A program made the translations under genes and the position numbers. The notes below the pieces were generated by a model that did not search any database, was not told where the DNA came from, and worked only from the letters and a program-made list of their open reading frames with translations. A stretch of 64,000 nucleotides of DNA from Verrucomicrobiales bacterium (GTDB lineage Bacteria > Verrucomicrobiota > Verrucomicrobiia > Verrucomicrobiales > DEV007): contig CBDBEZ010000134.1 of the NCBI GenBank assembly GCA_965204485.1, positions 46,826 to 110,825 of the forward strand, written 5' to 3'. This document shows positions 37,771-48,923 of this stretch, one piece after another. How positions within the stretch are numbered: the stretch's first letter is position 1; every line of letters begins with the position of its first letter.

Positions 37771-38177
37771 GGAACGCCCGCCCTGCGCTCTCGGTAACCT
37801 TGGGTTCACGTCCGCCATCGGAGCGGTCTGGCTTCCTGTTGCCTATTGCCGACAGGGGGATCCATTTCGCGGCTCGAGCCCTCCGAAATTCGCCCGAGAA
37901 CCGCCACACGAAACTGTTCGCCCTCCTAGCGCCAGCTTCAACACGCTCAACACCCACCAATTCAGGCCATTACGACTCTTTCCGACGCCGTCTTACGGAA
38001 TCGCTGTCTTTGCCTATATGTTCTTGAGGTTTCAGCCGTCGGGGCGTAGAACATGCCGGAGCCGGGGCCATCGGTCCCGGCGGCAACACTCCACTGACTG
38101 GCATTCCACTCTGGTATTTCTAAACCCTTTGGCCCACTGAGGCTCTCACTCTTCATCCGTCTGCTTCACCGTTTCCA

Positions 38178-40574
38178 ATGAGTCGCTCTCTCACTGTCAC
38201 CACGCCTCTCGCCCTCGCCTGGCTGGCGGCCCTCATTTGCTTCCCGCTCCACGCCCAGCTGGACGGTCTCGGACCTTCGCCGGAAGGCAAAATCATCGAT
38301 TCGATCGACATCGAGTTCATCGGGCCGGAAACCGTGGATGAAAACCGGATCCTGGCCAACATGAAGCTCCGGGAAGGACTCCCCTTCCAGACCGAGGATC
38401 AGCAGGAAGACATCGTCAATCTGCGGGAGCGACGCATCGTCGAGTTCGTCGACATCGTCCCGGTCATCGTCGGCGACCGGGTCCAGGTCACCGTCTCCGT
38501 GATGGCCACCGGCACGCTGGGAGCGATCAGTTTTGAGGGCAACACGCGCTTCGACTCCCAGGAACTCGCGCGCGAAGTGAAAGCCAAAATCAACCAGCCG
38601 CTCGACGAGGAGCAGCTGTTGGAGGGCAAGTTTAACATCGAGGAACTCTACCGGGAGAAGGGCTTTAGCGATGTCTCGGTCACCTATCGCACGGTCGTGG
38701 ACGAGGAAACCGGCTTCACCCAGGTCGTCTACAGCGTGGTGGATGGAGCTTCCAACAAGCTCCGCAAGATCTTCTTCCAGGAAAACACCGCCCTGTCCGA
38801 CAAGGAGTTGCGCAAGCTGATGAAGACCAAACAGCGCGGGATCTGGAGTCGGATCACCGGCAAGAATCGCATCGACCAGTTTCTCCTGGAGGAGGACAAA
38901 GCCCTCCTGGAACGGGAATTGCAGAACCGGGGCTACATGGATGCCCACATCACCCGCCACGAGCTGCAAAGGATCGAGGAGGGAAGCGATTACGTCGATC
39001 TCATCCTCTATGTCTACGAGGGACCCATCTACACGATCTCCGAGGTCCGCGTGGGCGGGAACTCCACTTTCTCCAACGCCGACCTGGCGGGCGAACTGAA
39101 GATCGCCCCCGGCCAGACCTACTCCGCTCAGGGAATTCAAGATGACAGCCAGGCGATCGAAGATTTTTACGGCCGCCAGGGGTACGCCGACGCCCGCGTG
39201 ACCACGCGCATCGAGAGCCTCGGCGGCCAGCAAGTGCGCGTCGTCCACTCCGTTTTCGAAGGCCGGAAGAGTTACATTCGCAAAATCAACATCTCGGGCA
39301 TGGAATACACCCGGGACGAAGTCATCCGGCGCGAGCTGCTCGTCCAGCCAGGCGAAGTGTTCAACACGGTGAAGCTGCGGCAGAGCAAGCAGGTCCTTGA
39401 GAACACCCGCTTTTTCCAGCCCGGTTCCATCGAGGTCACGCCCGAAGATACCGGGGAGCCCGGCTACAAGGACATCAACATCCAGGTGGCGGAAGGCAAG
39501 ACCGGTTCCTTCCAGGTCGGCACCGCCTTCACCTCGGTCGAGAACGTCTTCGGTTACGTCTCCTTCACTGAGTCCAATTTCGATTTGGAAAACTGGGCCA
39601 ACTTTCCTCCACGCGGTGGCGGCCAGAAACTCAATTTCAATCTCCGCTACGGCACGGAGACCAAGGATTTTCTCATGGGGTTCACCGAGCCCTGGTTCCT
39701 GGGACGACGGCTTTCCCTCGGCGGCGAGATTTTTTGGCGTGAGCTCCTTTATCTCAGCAACGAATACTCCCAGCGGATGGCCGGCGCCTCACTGTTCCTG
39801 CGTCATCCAATCAACAATTACACGCGCCTCCAGCTGGAATACCGTCTCCAGGAAGTGCAGATCTACAATCTGGACAACAACGAATTGCTCGACCGCGACG
39901 GGGACGGTCTGCGCGAGACCTTCGTGCGCGGCGTTTCCCCGGGGATCGCGGCCGAGGAAGGCACCTTCATCGAAAGCAAGCTGACCCTGGAACTCCTCCA
40001 GGACACTCGCGACAGCAACACCCTCCCCCGCACCGGCCACCGGCTCTCCATGGCCGGCAGCCTCTCGGGAGGCTTCCTCGGCGGCGAGGTGGACACCTAC
40101 AATCTGTCCGGCGCCTTCACCCAGCACGTGCTCCTGCCCTACGACACCATCTTCACCTTCCACGCCGAAGTCAACGTGGCCGATACCTGGTCCAGCGGAG
40201 ATCGTGTCCCGATCTTCAATCGCCATTTCCTGGGCGGCGCCTACAACCTCCGCGGTTTCGACTTCCGGGATGTGGGCCCCGTCGACGAGGACGACGAGCC
40301 GCTGGGGGGCGGCACCGCCGCCTTCACCACCCTGGAGTACAGCGTCCCGGTCATAGAGCGTCTCCGCATGCACGCCTTCGTCGACGCCGGCTTCGTCAAC
40401 GAGGATGCCTACGACTTCAGCGCGAGCGAATTCAATGCCGACATCGGGCTGGGCGTGCGCCTCGAAGTGCCGGGATTCGGTCCCATGCGCCTCGACTACG
40501 GTTTTCCCGTCGAGAAAAGCGAGCACCAGGGTTCCAGCGGACGGATCAATTTCCTCCTGGACTACAAGTTCTAA
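38178..40574 (+). CDS. bamA: Outer membrane protein assembly factor BamA (POTRA repeats plus Omp85 barrel)
   Basis: 798 aa, signal peptide ..CFPLHAQ, repeated POTRA-like modules, and a C-terminal barrel ending ..GRINFLLDYKF (terminal aromatic). Confidence 0.9.
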   Translation: MSRSLTVTTPLALAWLAALICFPLHAQLDGLGPSPEGKIIDSIDIEFIGPETVDENRILANMKLREGLPFQTEDQQEDIVNLRERRIVEFVDIVPVIVGDRVQVTVSVMATGTLGAISFEGNTRFDSQELAREVKAKINQPLDEEQLLEGKFNIEELYREKGFSDVSVTYRTVVDEETGFTQVVYSVVDGASNKLRKIFFQENTALSDKELRKLMKTKQRGIWSRITGKNRIDQFLLEEDKALLERELQNRGYMDAHITRHELQRIEEGSDYVDLILYVYEGPIYTISEVRVGGNSTFSNADLAGELKIAPGQTYSAQGIQDDSQAIEDFYGRQGYADARVTTRIESLGGQQVRVVHSVFEGRKSYIRKINISGMEYTRDEVIRRELLVQPGEVFNTVKLRQSKQVLENTRFFQPGSIEVTPEDTGEPGYKDINIQVAEGKTGSFQVGTAFTSVENVFGYVSFTESNFDLENWANFPPRGGGQKLNFNLRYGTETKDFLMGFTEPWFLGRRLSLGGEIFWRELLYLSNEYSQRMAGASLFLRHPINNYTRLQLEYRLQEVQIYNLDNNELLDRDGDGLRETFVRGVSPGIAAEEGTFIESKLTLELLQDTRDSNTLPRTGHRLSMAGSLSGGFLGGEVDTYNLSGAFTQHVLLPYDTIFTFHAEVNVADTWSSGDRVPIFNRHFLGGAYNLRGFDFRDVGPVDEDDEPLGGGTAAFTTLEYSVPVIERLRMHAFVDAGFVNEDAYDFSASEFNADIGLGVRLEVPGFGPMRLDYGFPVEKSEHQGSSGRINFLLDYKF

Positions 40575-40680
40575 TCGTCACAACGACACCGCTCTCCAGA
40601 GCTTTCCGTTTCGCTTGCAAATAATGAACATTGCTTGACGGTGGGCCTCCAAGTCAGTTGAAACGGCATCTTTTCACAAC

Positions 40681-41265
40681 ATGAACATCACCTCCAAAAT
40701 CTTTCTCTCCGTTGGTCTGACCTTCCTCATGCTGGCCGGTGCTTCGGCCCAGGACCTCAAGATCGGCGTGGTCGACATGAAACGCATTTTCGCCGAGTAC
40801 GAGCGCACTCAAGAAGCCGAAAAGGAGATCAACGACCGCAAGGCGGAAGCCAAGCAGGAACTCGATGAGCGCACCGCCAAATACAAGGAATTGCTTGAGC
40901 AGTTCCAGGCCCTTCGGGAACAAGTACAAGACCAGGCGCTGAGTCCGCAGCTTCGCGAACAAAAGCGCAAAGAGGGCGATGAAACCGGTCAGCAAGCCAA
41001 GGGCTTGGAACGCCAAATTCAAGAATTCCGGACCCGACGGGAGCGCCAGCTCCAGGAACAGGTGGTCCGCATGCGCAAGACCATTCTGGAAGAGATCCGC
41101 ACCCTCGTTAAAGAGGTCTCCAAGACCCGCAACTACGCCCTCGTTTTCGACAAGTCGGGGGTCAGCATGAACGGGGTGCCCTTCCTCCTGCACTCACGCG
41201 ATGCCGTGGATTTTAGCGAGGATATCATCAACAGCCTCAACGCCGCCGCGACCGACGGCAGTTAA
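40681..41265 (+). CDS. skp: OmpH/Skp-family periplasmic chaperone
   Basis: Signal peptide followed by [14 protein letters not shown].., a long charged coiled region and ..YALVFDKSG. Lies in the conserved bamA-skp-lpxD context. Confidence 0.85.
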   Translation: MNITSKIFLSVGLTFLMLAGASAQDLKIGVVDMKRIFAEYERTQEAEKEINDRKAEAKQELDERTAKYKELLEQFQALREQVQDQALSPQLREQKRKEGDETGQQAKGLERQIQEFRTRRERQLQEQVVRMRKTILEEIRTLVKEVSKTRNYALVFDKSGVSMNGVPFLLHSRDAVDFSEDIINSLNAAATDGS

Positions 41266-41297
41266 GACCGTCTTTCCTGACACTTCCCTCACTCGAG

Positions 41298-41335
41298 AAG
41301 GCGAGTCTCCCAGGCGGACACTCGCCTTTTCTATT
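41298..41335 (+). terminator. Candidate intrinsic terminator downstream of skp
   Basis: AAGGCGAGT-(13 nt)-ACTCGCCTT followed by TTCTATT. Confidence 0.35.
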
Positions 41336-41363
41336 CCCGCCGACTCCACCGGCCGTCCCTCTC

Positions 41364-42401
41364 TTGAACCTCTCGCTCCAAGCTCTCGCCGATCTGACCG
41401 AGGCCACGATCGTTCCGGGCACCCGTGAGCCTGTCCCCAAGACCATCAGTGGTTTTGCCGATCTCTTGGCAGCCTCCCCCTCCGACCTCAGCTTTTTCGG
41501 CAACCCCGCCTACCTGCCCCAGGTCCGCAAAACCCAGGCCGGCGCCGTCCTGGTTCCCGAGGACTTCACCGAGCCCCTCCTCGGAACGAAATTGCTCGTC
41601 AAGAATCCCTCGATGGCCTTCGCCATCGCGGTGGACCGGCTCTCGCCGAAGCCTCCTCTTTTCCAGGCGGGCGTTCACCCCAGCGCCCAGATCCACCCTA
41701 GCGCGGTGGTCGATCCCGCCCGGGTATGCGTCGACGCCGGTGCCATCATCGCGGAGGGCGTCACCATCGGCGAGGGCTCGCACATCGGTCAGGGCGTCAG
41801 TCTCGATCGGGGTGTCCAGCTCGGCCGAGCCTGTCGCCTCCACGCCAACGTGTCCGTTTGCGAACGTTGCGTGCTGGGCGACCGCGTGATCATTCAACCG
41901 GGCGCGGTCATCGGCTCGGACGGCTACGGTTTCGAACTCGTCGACGGGCGGCACCAGAAGATCGAGCAACGGGGGATTGTCCAGATTGACGACGGCGTGG
42001 AAATCGGCGCCAACACCACGATCGACCGGGCGCGTTTCGGTCGCACGTGGATCCAGGAGGGCACCAAGATCGATAACCTCGTGCAGATCGGGCACAATGC
42101 CCGCATCGGAAAACACTGCATCATCGTGGCCCTCACGGGCATCGCCGGAAGCGCTGTCATCGGGGACTACGTCGTCATCGCCGCTCAGTCAGGCGTCGCG
42201 GGGCATCTCCAGATCGGATCGCAGGCGACGTTTGCCGCTCGCTCAGGCGTTACCAAGAGCCTGCCCGGCGGCCAGATCTACGCCGGGTACCCGGCCGTGC
42301 CGGCCGAAAAATACCGGAAGATGACCGTGCTCCAGCGCCGGCTGGAAAAGATGCAGGAACAGATCGAGCAACTCTCCAAAGGCCTCTCAACGGAGTCCTG
42401 A
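41364..42401 (+). CDS. lpxD: UDP-3-O-acylglucosamine N-acyltransferase
   Basis: 345 aa with an N-terminal LpxD-type domain (..[12 protein letters not shown]..), a hexapeptide-repeat LbH core (..[23 protein letters not shown]..) and a C-terminal helix. Confidence 0.9.
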   Translation: MNLSLQALADLTEATIVPGTREPVPKTISGFADLLAASPSDLSFFGNPAYLPQVRKTQAGAVLVPEDFTEPLLGTKLLVKNPSMAFAIAVDRLSPKPPLFQAGVHPSAQIHPSAVVDPARVCVDAGAIIAEGVTIGEGSHIGQGVSLDRGVQLGRACRLHANVSVCERCVLGDRVIIQPGAVIGSDGYGFELVDGRHQKIEQRGIVQIDDGVEIGANTTIDRARFGRTWIQEGTKIDNLVQIGHNARIGKHCIIVALTGIAGSAVIGDYVVIAAQSGVAGHLQIGSQATFAARSGVTKSLPGGQIYAGYPAVPAEKYRKMTVLQRRLEKMQEQIEQLSKGLSTES

Positions 42402-42547
42402 CCCCGTTCACCATCAACAAACAACGCACGTCTGTCGACCCACGCCATCTCGTTCCGAACCGCCCGGAGGCCCGCTGCGCGCAGGTCATTGATCCATCCG
42501 TCGGCCACCTCGCCGCTTTCAGTTCCCTCACCAACGAACGCCTCATC

Positions 42548-44497
42548 GTGAAGACCCTTTCCCGGTTCGGGTATCCTCTCCTGGCCCTCGCTCTGCTCGC
42601 TGGCCTGTGGGGGCTGCTGCGCTGGTTCGACCGTTCTCAGGGCAACCAAAACGCCCTCGAACAGTTCGCTGAAGTGGCGGCGCTGCTGGCCCCCGACACC
42701 CAAGCGGTCATCCACGTGCCCGACCTGCCGGCGGCCCGGGACGGTTTCGCCACCGCCCAGTTCACCTCGCTGGGGCTTCACATCGGCCTGAAGCACATCG
42801 TGACCCAGGTGGCTCACGAATTCCCCGAGATCTCACCCTGGCGGTCCTGGATCAGGCAAAGCGCCGCCTTGGAGCTTTCCCATCTCACCCTCGCCATCAC
42901 CCCCGGAGACGCGAAGACGCGCGAAATCCTTTTCCTCTTCCGTGCACGGCAGCCCGATGACGGCGAAGCACTCTGGCATTCATTCACGGAGCGCTATCAA
43001 AGCCACCACAAAGAGGTCGTCTTTCAGAAGCACGAGGAAGAGCGCTCGGGAGTTCTGATCTCCCGGCTAAGCTCCGGTCAAGATTACTTCCTCGCCCACG
43101 GCGCCTGGAATGACTGGCACTGGATCACCAACCGGCCTGGAGCGATCGAGAAAACCCTCAACCGCGCTCAGCGGAGCATCTCCAGCCCGTCCCCAACGCC
43201 CTCCGATCAGACGCCAACGTCGCCGCCGCCAACCCTGCGCGATCATCCGCTGACCCGAGAAACCCTCTCGACACTTTCCGGCGGCTATCTCGCCCTCGCC
43301 TTCATCAGGAGCGAAACCTCCTCAACTTCAACTCCTCCCTCAGCCTCAACCTCGACGCCGTCCGCTCCCGAAGTCCCGCCCGTGGCCCTCAATTCCCAAA
43401 AACTCGCTCGCCATCTCGAACGGCTTCGAGCGCGAAGTCTCGGGCTCTCTCTGACCGTTCGCAACGGCTTGATGGCGGAGGAACTCATGCTCATCAGCCG
43501 GGATCCGCTCGTCCCCAACGATCTCCCGGGCAAGGTCAGGTATCCTATCCGGTCCACGCTTCGGCTAACATCGCCACAGACTCTGGCCTACGTTACCGGA
43601 CAGCTCGCGGCCGCCCGGATCCGCGAGGCGATCTTCAGCGACTTTGTCAAGCGCTGGCAGGCCTCGCCAAGCCTCCGCCTCAAGGCAATCGCGCGTGACT
43701 GGGAAGCGTCGTTTCTTCCCATCTGGTCGCTCCAGCTCGAACCCGCCGATACCCTGCAAGCGGCCTCGCCCGTCTCCCGGGCCGACGCCGAACCCGAAGG
43801 GCTGGCCGCGTTCCTGTCTTTTCCGCTCCACCAGCCTAACCGATTCAAGGAGGATCTGGGGATCCTTGCCACCAGCGCAGGCTCGGGCGTCCAGCGGTCT
43901 TCCTCCGATACCTACCGCCTGAGTCACGTCCTCTTGCCACGAGAAATCAGCCATCTCTTCGAGGAAATCCACCTGCAAATCGCGGACGATCTCCTCATCC
44001 TGAGCGACCATTTGCCCGGCCTCCGCCAGATCGCCCAAAAACCGTCTCGCGGCGAAACCCTCAGAAAGCGGGCCGACTTCCGCGCGCTGCAAAGGCGTCT
44101 GCCCAAGCCCGATCAGGGCTTGGCCTTCCTCGACACCCAGGCGCTACTCGCCCGCTGGAAGGAAGCGCTGCGCCACCCTCTCGTCTTCGCCACTCTGTGG
44201 ATGGGAATTCGCAGCCAGACCGAGTTGGACATTGACCTCAAGGCCTTCGCCCGCGCCTTGCGAACGGAGACTCCCGTCGTCCCCACGCTCGCCGCCTGGA
44301 AAAGCACGGCTCGGGGCATCCACGTGGAATCCCTCGGCACCCTGAGCCCGACGCAATGGGCACTGGGCGGCGGCGCCGTCCTCACCAGCCTCAACAACAC
44401 TTTCCTCGATTCCCAGCCGGGAGCCGGCAACGAGGATGAAGCCTTTGCGCTGCCCCCCATCGAAGAGGAACTCCTTCAGTTGATGGAGCCTGACTGA
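42548..44497 (+). CDS. Hypothetical exported or membrane-anchored protein (649 aa, GTG start)
   Basis: N-terminal hydrophobic segment YPLLALALLAGLWGLL and Ser/Pro/Thr-rich linkers. No family recognised with confidence. Confidence 0.6.
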   Translation: MKTLSRFGYPLLALALLAGLWGLLRWFDRSQGNQNALEQFAEVAALLAPDTQAVIHVPDLPAARDGFATAQFTSLGLHIGLKHIVTQVAHEFPEISPWRSWIRQSAALELSHLTLAITPGDAKTREILFLFRARQPDDGEALWHSFTERYQSHHKEVVFQKHEEERSGVLISRLSSGQDYFLAHGAWNDWHWITNRPGAIEKTLNRAQRSISSPSPTPSDQTPTSPPPTLRDHPLTRETLSTLSGGYLALAFIRSETSSTSTPPSASTSTPSAPEVPPVALNSQKLARHLERLRARSLGLSLTVRNGLMAEELMLISRDPLVPNDLPGKVRYPIRSTLRLTSPQTLAYVTGQLAAARIREAIFSDFVKRWQASPSLRLKAIARDWEASFLPIWSLQLEPADTLQAASPVSRADAEPEGLAAFLSFPLHQPNRFKEDLGILATSAGSGVQRSSSDTYRLSHVLLPREISHLFEEIHLQIADDLLILSDHLPGLRQIAQKPSRGETLRKRADFRALQRRLPKPDQGLAFLDTQALLARWKEALRHPLVFATLWMGIRSQTELDIDLKAFARALRTETPVVPTLAAWKSTARGIHVESLGTLSPTQWALGGGAVLTSLNNTFLDSQPGAGNEDEAFALPPIEEELLQLMEPD

Positions 44498-44553
44498 TTT
44501 CGGGAACCGGCGGTCCAGCCATCTGCCAGACCGCCAGCGTCCGCCCCGGCCCA

Positions 44554-46805
44554 TCACTCGGCCGACACTCGATAGAATCCCGCCGGCAAGACCCGGCGCC
44601 CGGCATCGTCGTCTTGGAACGCCTGCGCCGAACCGTCCCCTTCCATGCTCAACACCGTTTCCCACTGCTGAAGATCCGCGGAATACTCTAGCGTATAGGT
44701 CACGCCCGCCTGTGTGGCGATCACCCCCTCAAAACCACCGTCCGACCAGACAATCGATGTGATCGCTGGAGCCTCCACGGTCACCGGGATGTCCGGGATA
44801 TCGGAAGCCAGAGACGCTCCTGGATGGGCAAACAGCCAGTTGATATCCTCACCGCTCAATGCCCGGTCGTATAGCTGAATGTCGTCCAGAGTGCCATCCA
44901 GAGCCACCGCGCCCTGAAACGACCCAAAGAAGAGCGGCTCGTTGACGCCGGTGGCGATGAAGCTCGGATCGTTCTGCTCAACGGCCACCTGGCCATCCAC
45001 ATAAATGCGAGCCCATCGCTCGTCGCCGGTCGTCCGAAAACTGACCACCACGTGATGAACCTGGCCCGCCTCAATGGGCGCTTCCCCTTCCGGGGAACCG
45101 AACTCGGGCTCGCTTCCCGCGAACCACGACAGCCCCGCGGAGCTGAACAAGAGAGCGAAATTCGGGTTGCCACTGTTCGGATCTCCCTTTCCAAAGATCA
45201 TCTGGGGCACTTCATCCACGCGATCGGCCTTGAGCCAGGTCGCCAAGGTGAAGTCCTCCCAGAAGCTGAACCGCGCGCCGCTCACTCTCGCGAGGGCGCC
45301 ACCCTGGAAGGATACCGCCGTCCCCGTCGCCAAGGCGGCTTCGCCCAGGGCGTAGGGGCCCCCTTCCGCCACGTAAACCCCATCCCGCTGATTTCCGCTC
45401 CGATCCCGCAACACCTCGCCATCGGATTCATCGAGCGCGTAGTGAGCCGTGGGACCGACGGGATCCAGGGCGCCCGCCGTCAACTCCACGGCCACCGTCG
45501 GCTGCGCTGCGTCGTTCGTTTGGAACTCCAAACTCGCCACATAACCGCCCGGTTCGTCCAGTGGATCGAAGACCACCCGGAACAATCCCGCCTCACCGGC
45601 GGCCACCTCGCCCGGAGTCTCGATCACCACGAAACGATCGGCGTCCGCTCCTACGAGCGTCGGGGCCGAAATGGTCAGCGGCTCGCCCCCGGTGTTGTGG
45701 ATGATGAAGCCTGAGGGAAGGTTCGTCGCAGTGATAGGGATGGAACCGAAATCGGCCCGGACAGGCGAGGCGATCCTCGGCCCCGGACAGGCTACCGGAT
45801 CCGTTCCCCTGTTTTCGTAGGCCGTCGGAGCGCCCTCCGTATTGAGGAGCGTCGCCGTCTCGCTGTCCCGGTCGTAAAGGTACCATTCCACCGCAGCGCC
45901 GCCCACTCCCTGGAAGTAGAGCAGACGGAAGGCGTAGAGCCCTTCCTGTCTCACCACCACGTCGAAGAGATTCTGCGGCTCATCGCTCTCGATGCCCCGC
46001 CCGGAATCCCATCCGTCGAGGACCACGGTCTGGTCGCCGAGCGTTCTCCCCGCGGTCACCTGAAACCCATCGTCACTGTTGACCCCAAAGGTGTAAGCCC
46101 CCGGCTTGAGATGAAGATGCGTTGTGGCCTCCATGCTGAAGTAATCCGAGCTGTCCCCGAGCAAGCCATGATCCACGAAAGCGAGGTCATCTTGAAAGAG
46201 GCCTCCACCCCCGATGTTGATCAGCGGCACGGAGGCCGTCGCCGAAAAAGTTCCCTCCCGGCCTAACTGTTTCTCGGCTTCCGCAATGGAATTTCCCCGC
46301 GGCCCGGGTTCCTGGACAACACGAGCCGAAAAGCCCGGCTCGGACCCTTGATCCACGGGCGAAGCCCACTCGGACGGCAAGATCACCGCGTTTCCATAGA
46401 CACCAAAATCGAACACCTCGCGGCGTTCCAGGGGAGGATCGCTGTCCAGGGTGTAGGCAAACTCAACCTGGTGGCTGCTGCCCCAATCCATCGCTCCCGG
46501 AAAATAACGCACGCCGATCTCTTGGCCCTCTGTTTGCACGTCCGCCGCCACGTCGACACCATCGAACTTCAGATTCACTGATCCCGGCACCACCGTCGCC
46601 CCGTCCTGAGTGATCACGATCTCCACCGGTGCATGGGGCTTGGCGTAATCGACTCCCGGAGTCGGGGAGACATGGCTCACATAGGTCGCCGCTCCCGCAG
46701 TGAACTGATAAGCCTTGATGGCATCCGGGTCGTCGGGATCATTGATGGCAATCCGTTTCGCCTCTTTCAGGGAGAAGAGTTCCATCGACGCGCCCTCCTT
46801 GGTCC
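44554..46805 (-). pseudogene. Large LamG/PA14-like surface protein, 5'-truncated by IS-B copy 5
   Basis: C-terminal LamG-like block (..TLATWLKADR..GNPNFALLF..LDGTLDDIQLYDRALS), a choice-of-anchor-D-like beta domain (FGSIPITATNLPSGFIIHNTGGEPLTISAPTLVGADADRF) and a PA14-like region. There is no signal peptide, and the ORF's first 36 codons lie beyond this point, mostly in IS-B terminal sequence. Confidence 0.65.
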
Positions 46806-46979
46806 CAGCGATTCCGTAAGATAGGCGGCTGAGGCGGCTCAAGCCCTGTATTTTTGGGTAATTCGGATCGGCAGCGCCCATTTTTGACCCCATGGCAAAT
46901 TCGCATTGGTTATTTCATCTTTTTTAAGCTTGTTTCTGTAATAGTCTTATATTACAGTTAGCCGAACGAACCGACCTTC

Positions 46980-47437
46980 ATGCCAAGCAGAAACTCCCTG
47001 CCCCCACCGAACGCCAGATTCGCAGCCGCCTCCGCCAGCTCCTCGACCAGGCCGAAGGCTTCCTTCACGGCTCGCCCATCGAACTCTCTCGTAAATGCGG
47101 CAAGCCCACTTGCCGTTGCGCTTCCGACGACTCCTTGCGCCATCGCTCCTTGGCCATCGGTCAGACTCGCAAGGGCAAGACCACCATGCTGCACGTCCCC
47201 AGACCGTTGGAAGCTCAGGCGAGACGCTGGATCGATGATTTCCAGAAGGCGAATGCTCTGCTGGAAGCCCTCGACGAGCAGGGGCGCCTCCGACTCGAGG
47301 AGGCAAAAACCAAGGCCAGAGCGGCGAGTAGCTCCGCCAAGAAGAAGGGCAAGACCGGTAAGAAATCAGCCGGCAAAGCCAAGTCCGGGCGCAATTCTCC
47401 ACCAAAAAAGAAGCGACCATTCTCACGCGACTACTAA
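46980..47437 (+). pseudogene. IS-B orfA, frameshifted (one C lost in the C-run near 47002)
   Basis: CTGCCCCCACC here against CTGCCCCCCACC in copies 3 and 4. The ORF splits into 46980-47492 and 47135-47437. Confidence 0.8.
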
Positions 47438-47484
47438 CTTACGCGGACAAGATTTTCAGCCTCCGCCAACAGTGGAGGCTGCGG

Positions 47485-48687
47485 GTGCGTGACTCTCGTC
47501 CCAAACCACAGATTCCCACTCGAGTTTTCCCGGCAGCATTCTTCGCCATGTTCTGCTGCCGGTTACCAAGCTTCAACGAACTCGAGCAACACCGGAACAA
47601 GAGCAGCTGGACCCGTTGGCTCGGTAATCACCGTTTGCCCAGCGCCGACGAACTGGCGTATGTCTCCGAGCGCATCGAGCCTGACAGTGTGCGAGGGTGT
47701 CTCGGACACATTTACTTCTGCCTCAAACGCAACAAAATCCTTGCCCCACAGCGCGGTTGGATGCTTGCCGCCGTCGATGGTCACGAAACTCACTGTAGCT
47801 ACAAACGTTGTTGTCCAAAGTGTCTCCAACGCCGGATCGCCGTCGGAGACGAGGTCAAAACACAGTTCTACCACCGCTTGGTCGCGTTTCAGATTATCTG
47901 TGAGGCTTTTCCATTGCTTCTCGACGTGGAAATGCTTGAGCCTGGTGAAGACGGAGATCCTGGAGACGACGAAGTCGCTGCGGCTATACGGCTGATAACT
48001 CGCGTCCTTAAGGACCACCCACGCTGCTTTGACGTGCTCACTGCCGATGCGCTCTACCTGCGTCCCTCCGTGATCAATCTTCTTGAAGACCACGGCAAAT
48101 ACCTTGTTGCCGTACTCAAGGATAATCAGCCTGAGCTATTGTCCAAAGCCCGCACGCTCCTGCCCCTTGAGGAGCAAGAGCCAGAATCATTTGAGACTCC
48201 AGCTGCACCGGGCAAGCCCGCGCGGCACGTTCATTTACAAGAGGCTGAGGGCTTCTGCACTGAATCCATTCACACTCCTCTTCGCGTTGTTCATTCCCAT
48301 GAGACTGGCATCCGTCGCGAGCGCGTCGCTGGGGATTGGGTCGAGACTCCCATCGATAGCCACTGGTGGTGGGCGACGACCATGCCCCGCTCAATGGCCG
48401 ATGCCAAGACCATCTTCCATTTCGGGCACGACCGTTGGAAGGTCGAAAACGAAGGCTTTAACGAACTCTGCTCCCGCTGGCATTCCGGTCATTGCTATCA
48501 TCATCATCCCAATTCCATTCTCGTTCTGTGGCTGATCATGTTCATGGCCCACGCCGTGTTCCACTGCTTCCACAAGCGCAACTTGAAGCCAGAGATACGC
48601 CGTGGACACACGGCCATCTATTTTGCCCGTCAACTCGCCGCCTCCATGCGAGAGGATCGATGGTGGCCGCCACCGGCTCCGGGCTGA
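47485..48687 (+). CDS. IS-B DDE transposase (400 aa, intact), copy 5
   Basis: About 99% identical to 16766-17968. Confidence 0.85.
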   Translation: MRDSRPKPQIPTRVFPAAFFAMFCCRLPSFNELEQHRNKSSWTRWLGNHRLPSADELAYVSERIEPDSVRGCLGHIYFCLKRNKILAPQRGWMLAAVDGHETHCSYKRCCPKCLQRRIAVGDEVKTQFYHRLVAFQIICEAFPLLLDVEMLEPGEDGDPGDDEVAAAIRLITRVLKDHPRCFDVLTADALYLRPSVINLLEDHGKYLVAVLKDNQPELLSKARTLLPLEEQEPESFETPAAPGKPARHVHLQEAEGFCTESIHTPLRVVHSHETGIRRERVAGDWVETPIDSHWWWATTMPRSMADAKTIFHFGHDRWKVENEGFNELCSRWHSGHCYHHHPNSILVLWLIMFMAHAVFHCFHKRNLKPEIRRGHTAIYFARQLAASMREDRWWPPPAPG

Positions 48688-48923
48688 GGAACGCCCGCCC
48701 TGCGCTCTCGGTAACCTTGGGTTCACGTCCGCCATCGGAGCGGTCTGGCTCCCTGTTGCCTATTGCCGACAGGGGGATCCATTTCGCGGCTCGAGCCCTC
48801 CGAAATTCGCCCGAGAACCGCCACACGAAACTGTTCGCCCTCCTAGCGCCAGCTTCAACACGCTCAACACCCACCAATTCAGGCCATTACGACTCTTTCC
48901 GACGCCGTCTTACGGAATCGCTG

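Larger units (their letters stand above)
33680..38006 (+). mobile_element. IS-B copy 4: both ends present, carrying IS3 copy 2 and an IS-A copy, with a ~470-490 bp internal deletion
   Basis: IS-B termini at 33680 and 38006. IS-B sequence at 33680-34345, 35593-35651 and 37088-38006. No TSD (left flank is IS-A, right flank is unique DNA upstream of bamA). Confidence 0.88.
46806..48923 (+). mobile_element. IS-B copy 5, both ends present, no TSD; orfA frameshifted, transposase intact
   Basis: Termini at 46806 and 48923. The left flank is the LamG gene and the right flank is an IS-H fragment. Confidence 0.9.

Noticed and set aside
38166-39248. 360-aa ORF on the minus strand
   Set aside because: It lies entirely antisense to bamA. 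Its composition is low-complexity and Asp/Gly/Leu/Val-rich, typical of shadow ORFs in GC-rich DNA. The bamA frame has clear family motifs.
46806-46893. First ~30 codons of the 779-aa LamG ORF (MGSKMGAADPNYPKIQGLSRLSRLSYGIA..)
   Set aside because: This is read-through into the IS-B left end. The same peptide appears wherever that end is translated, for example ORFs 15715-16173 and 33540-33767.
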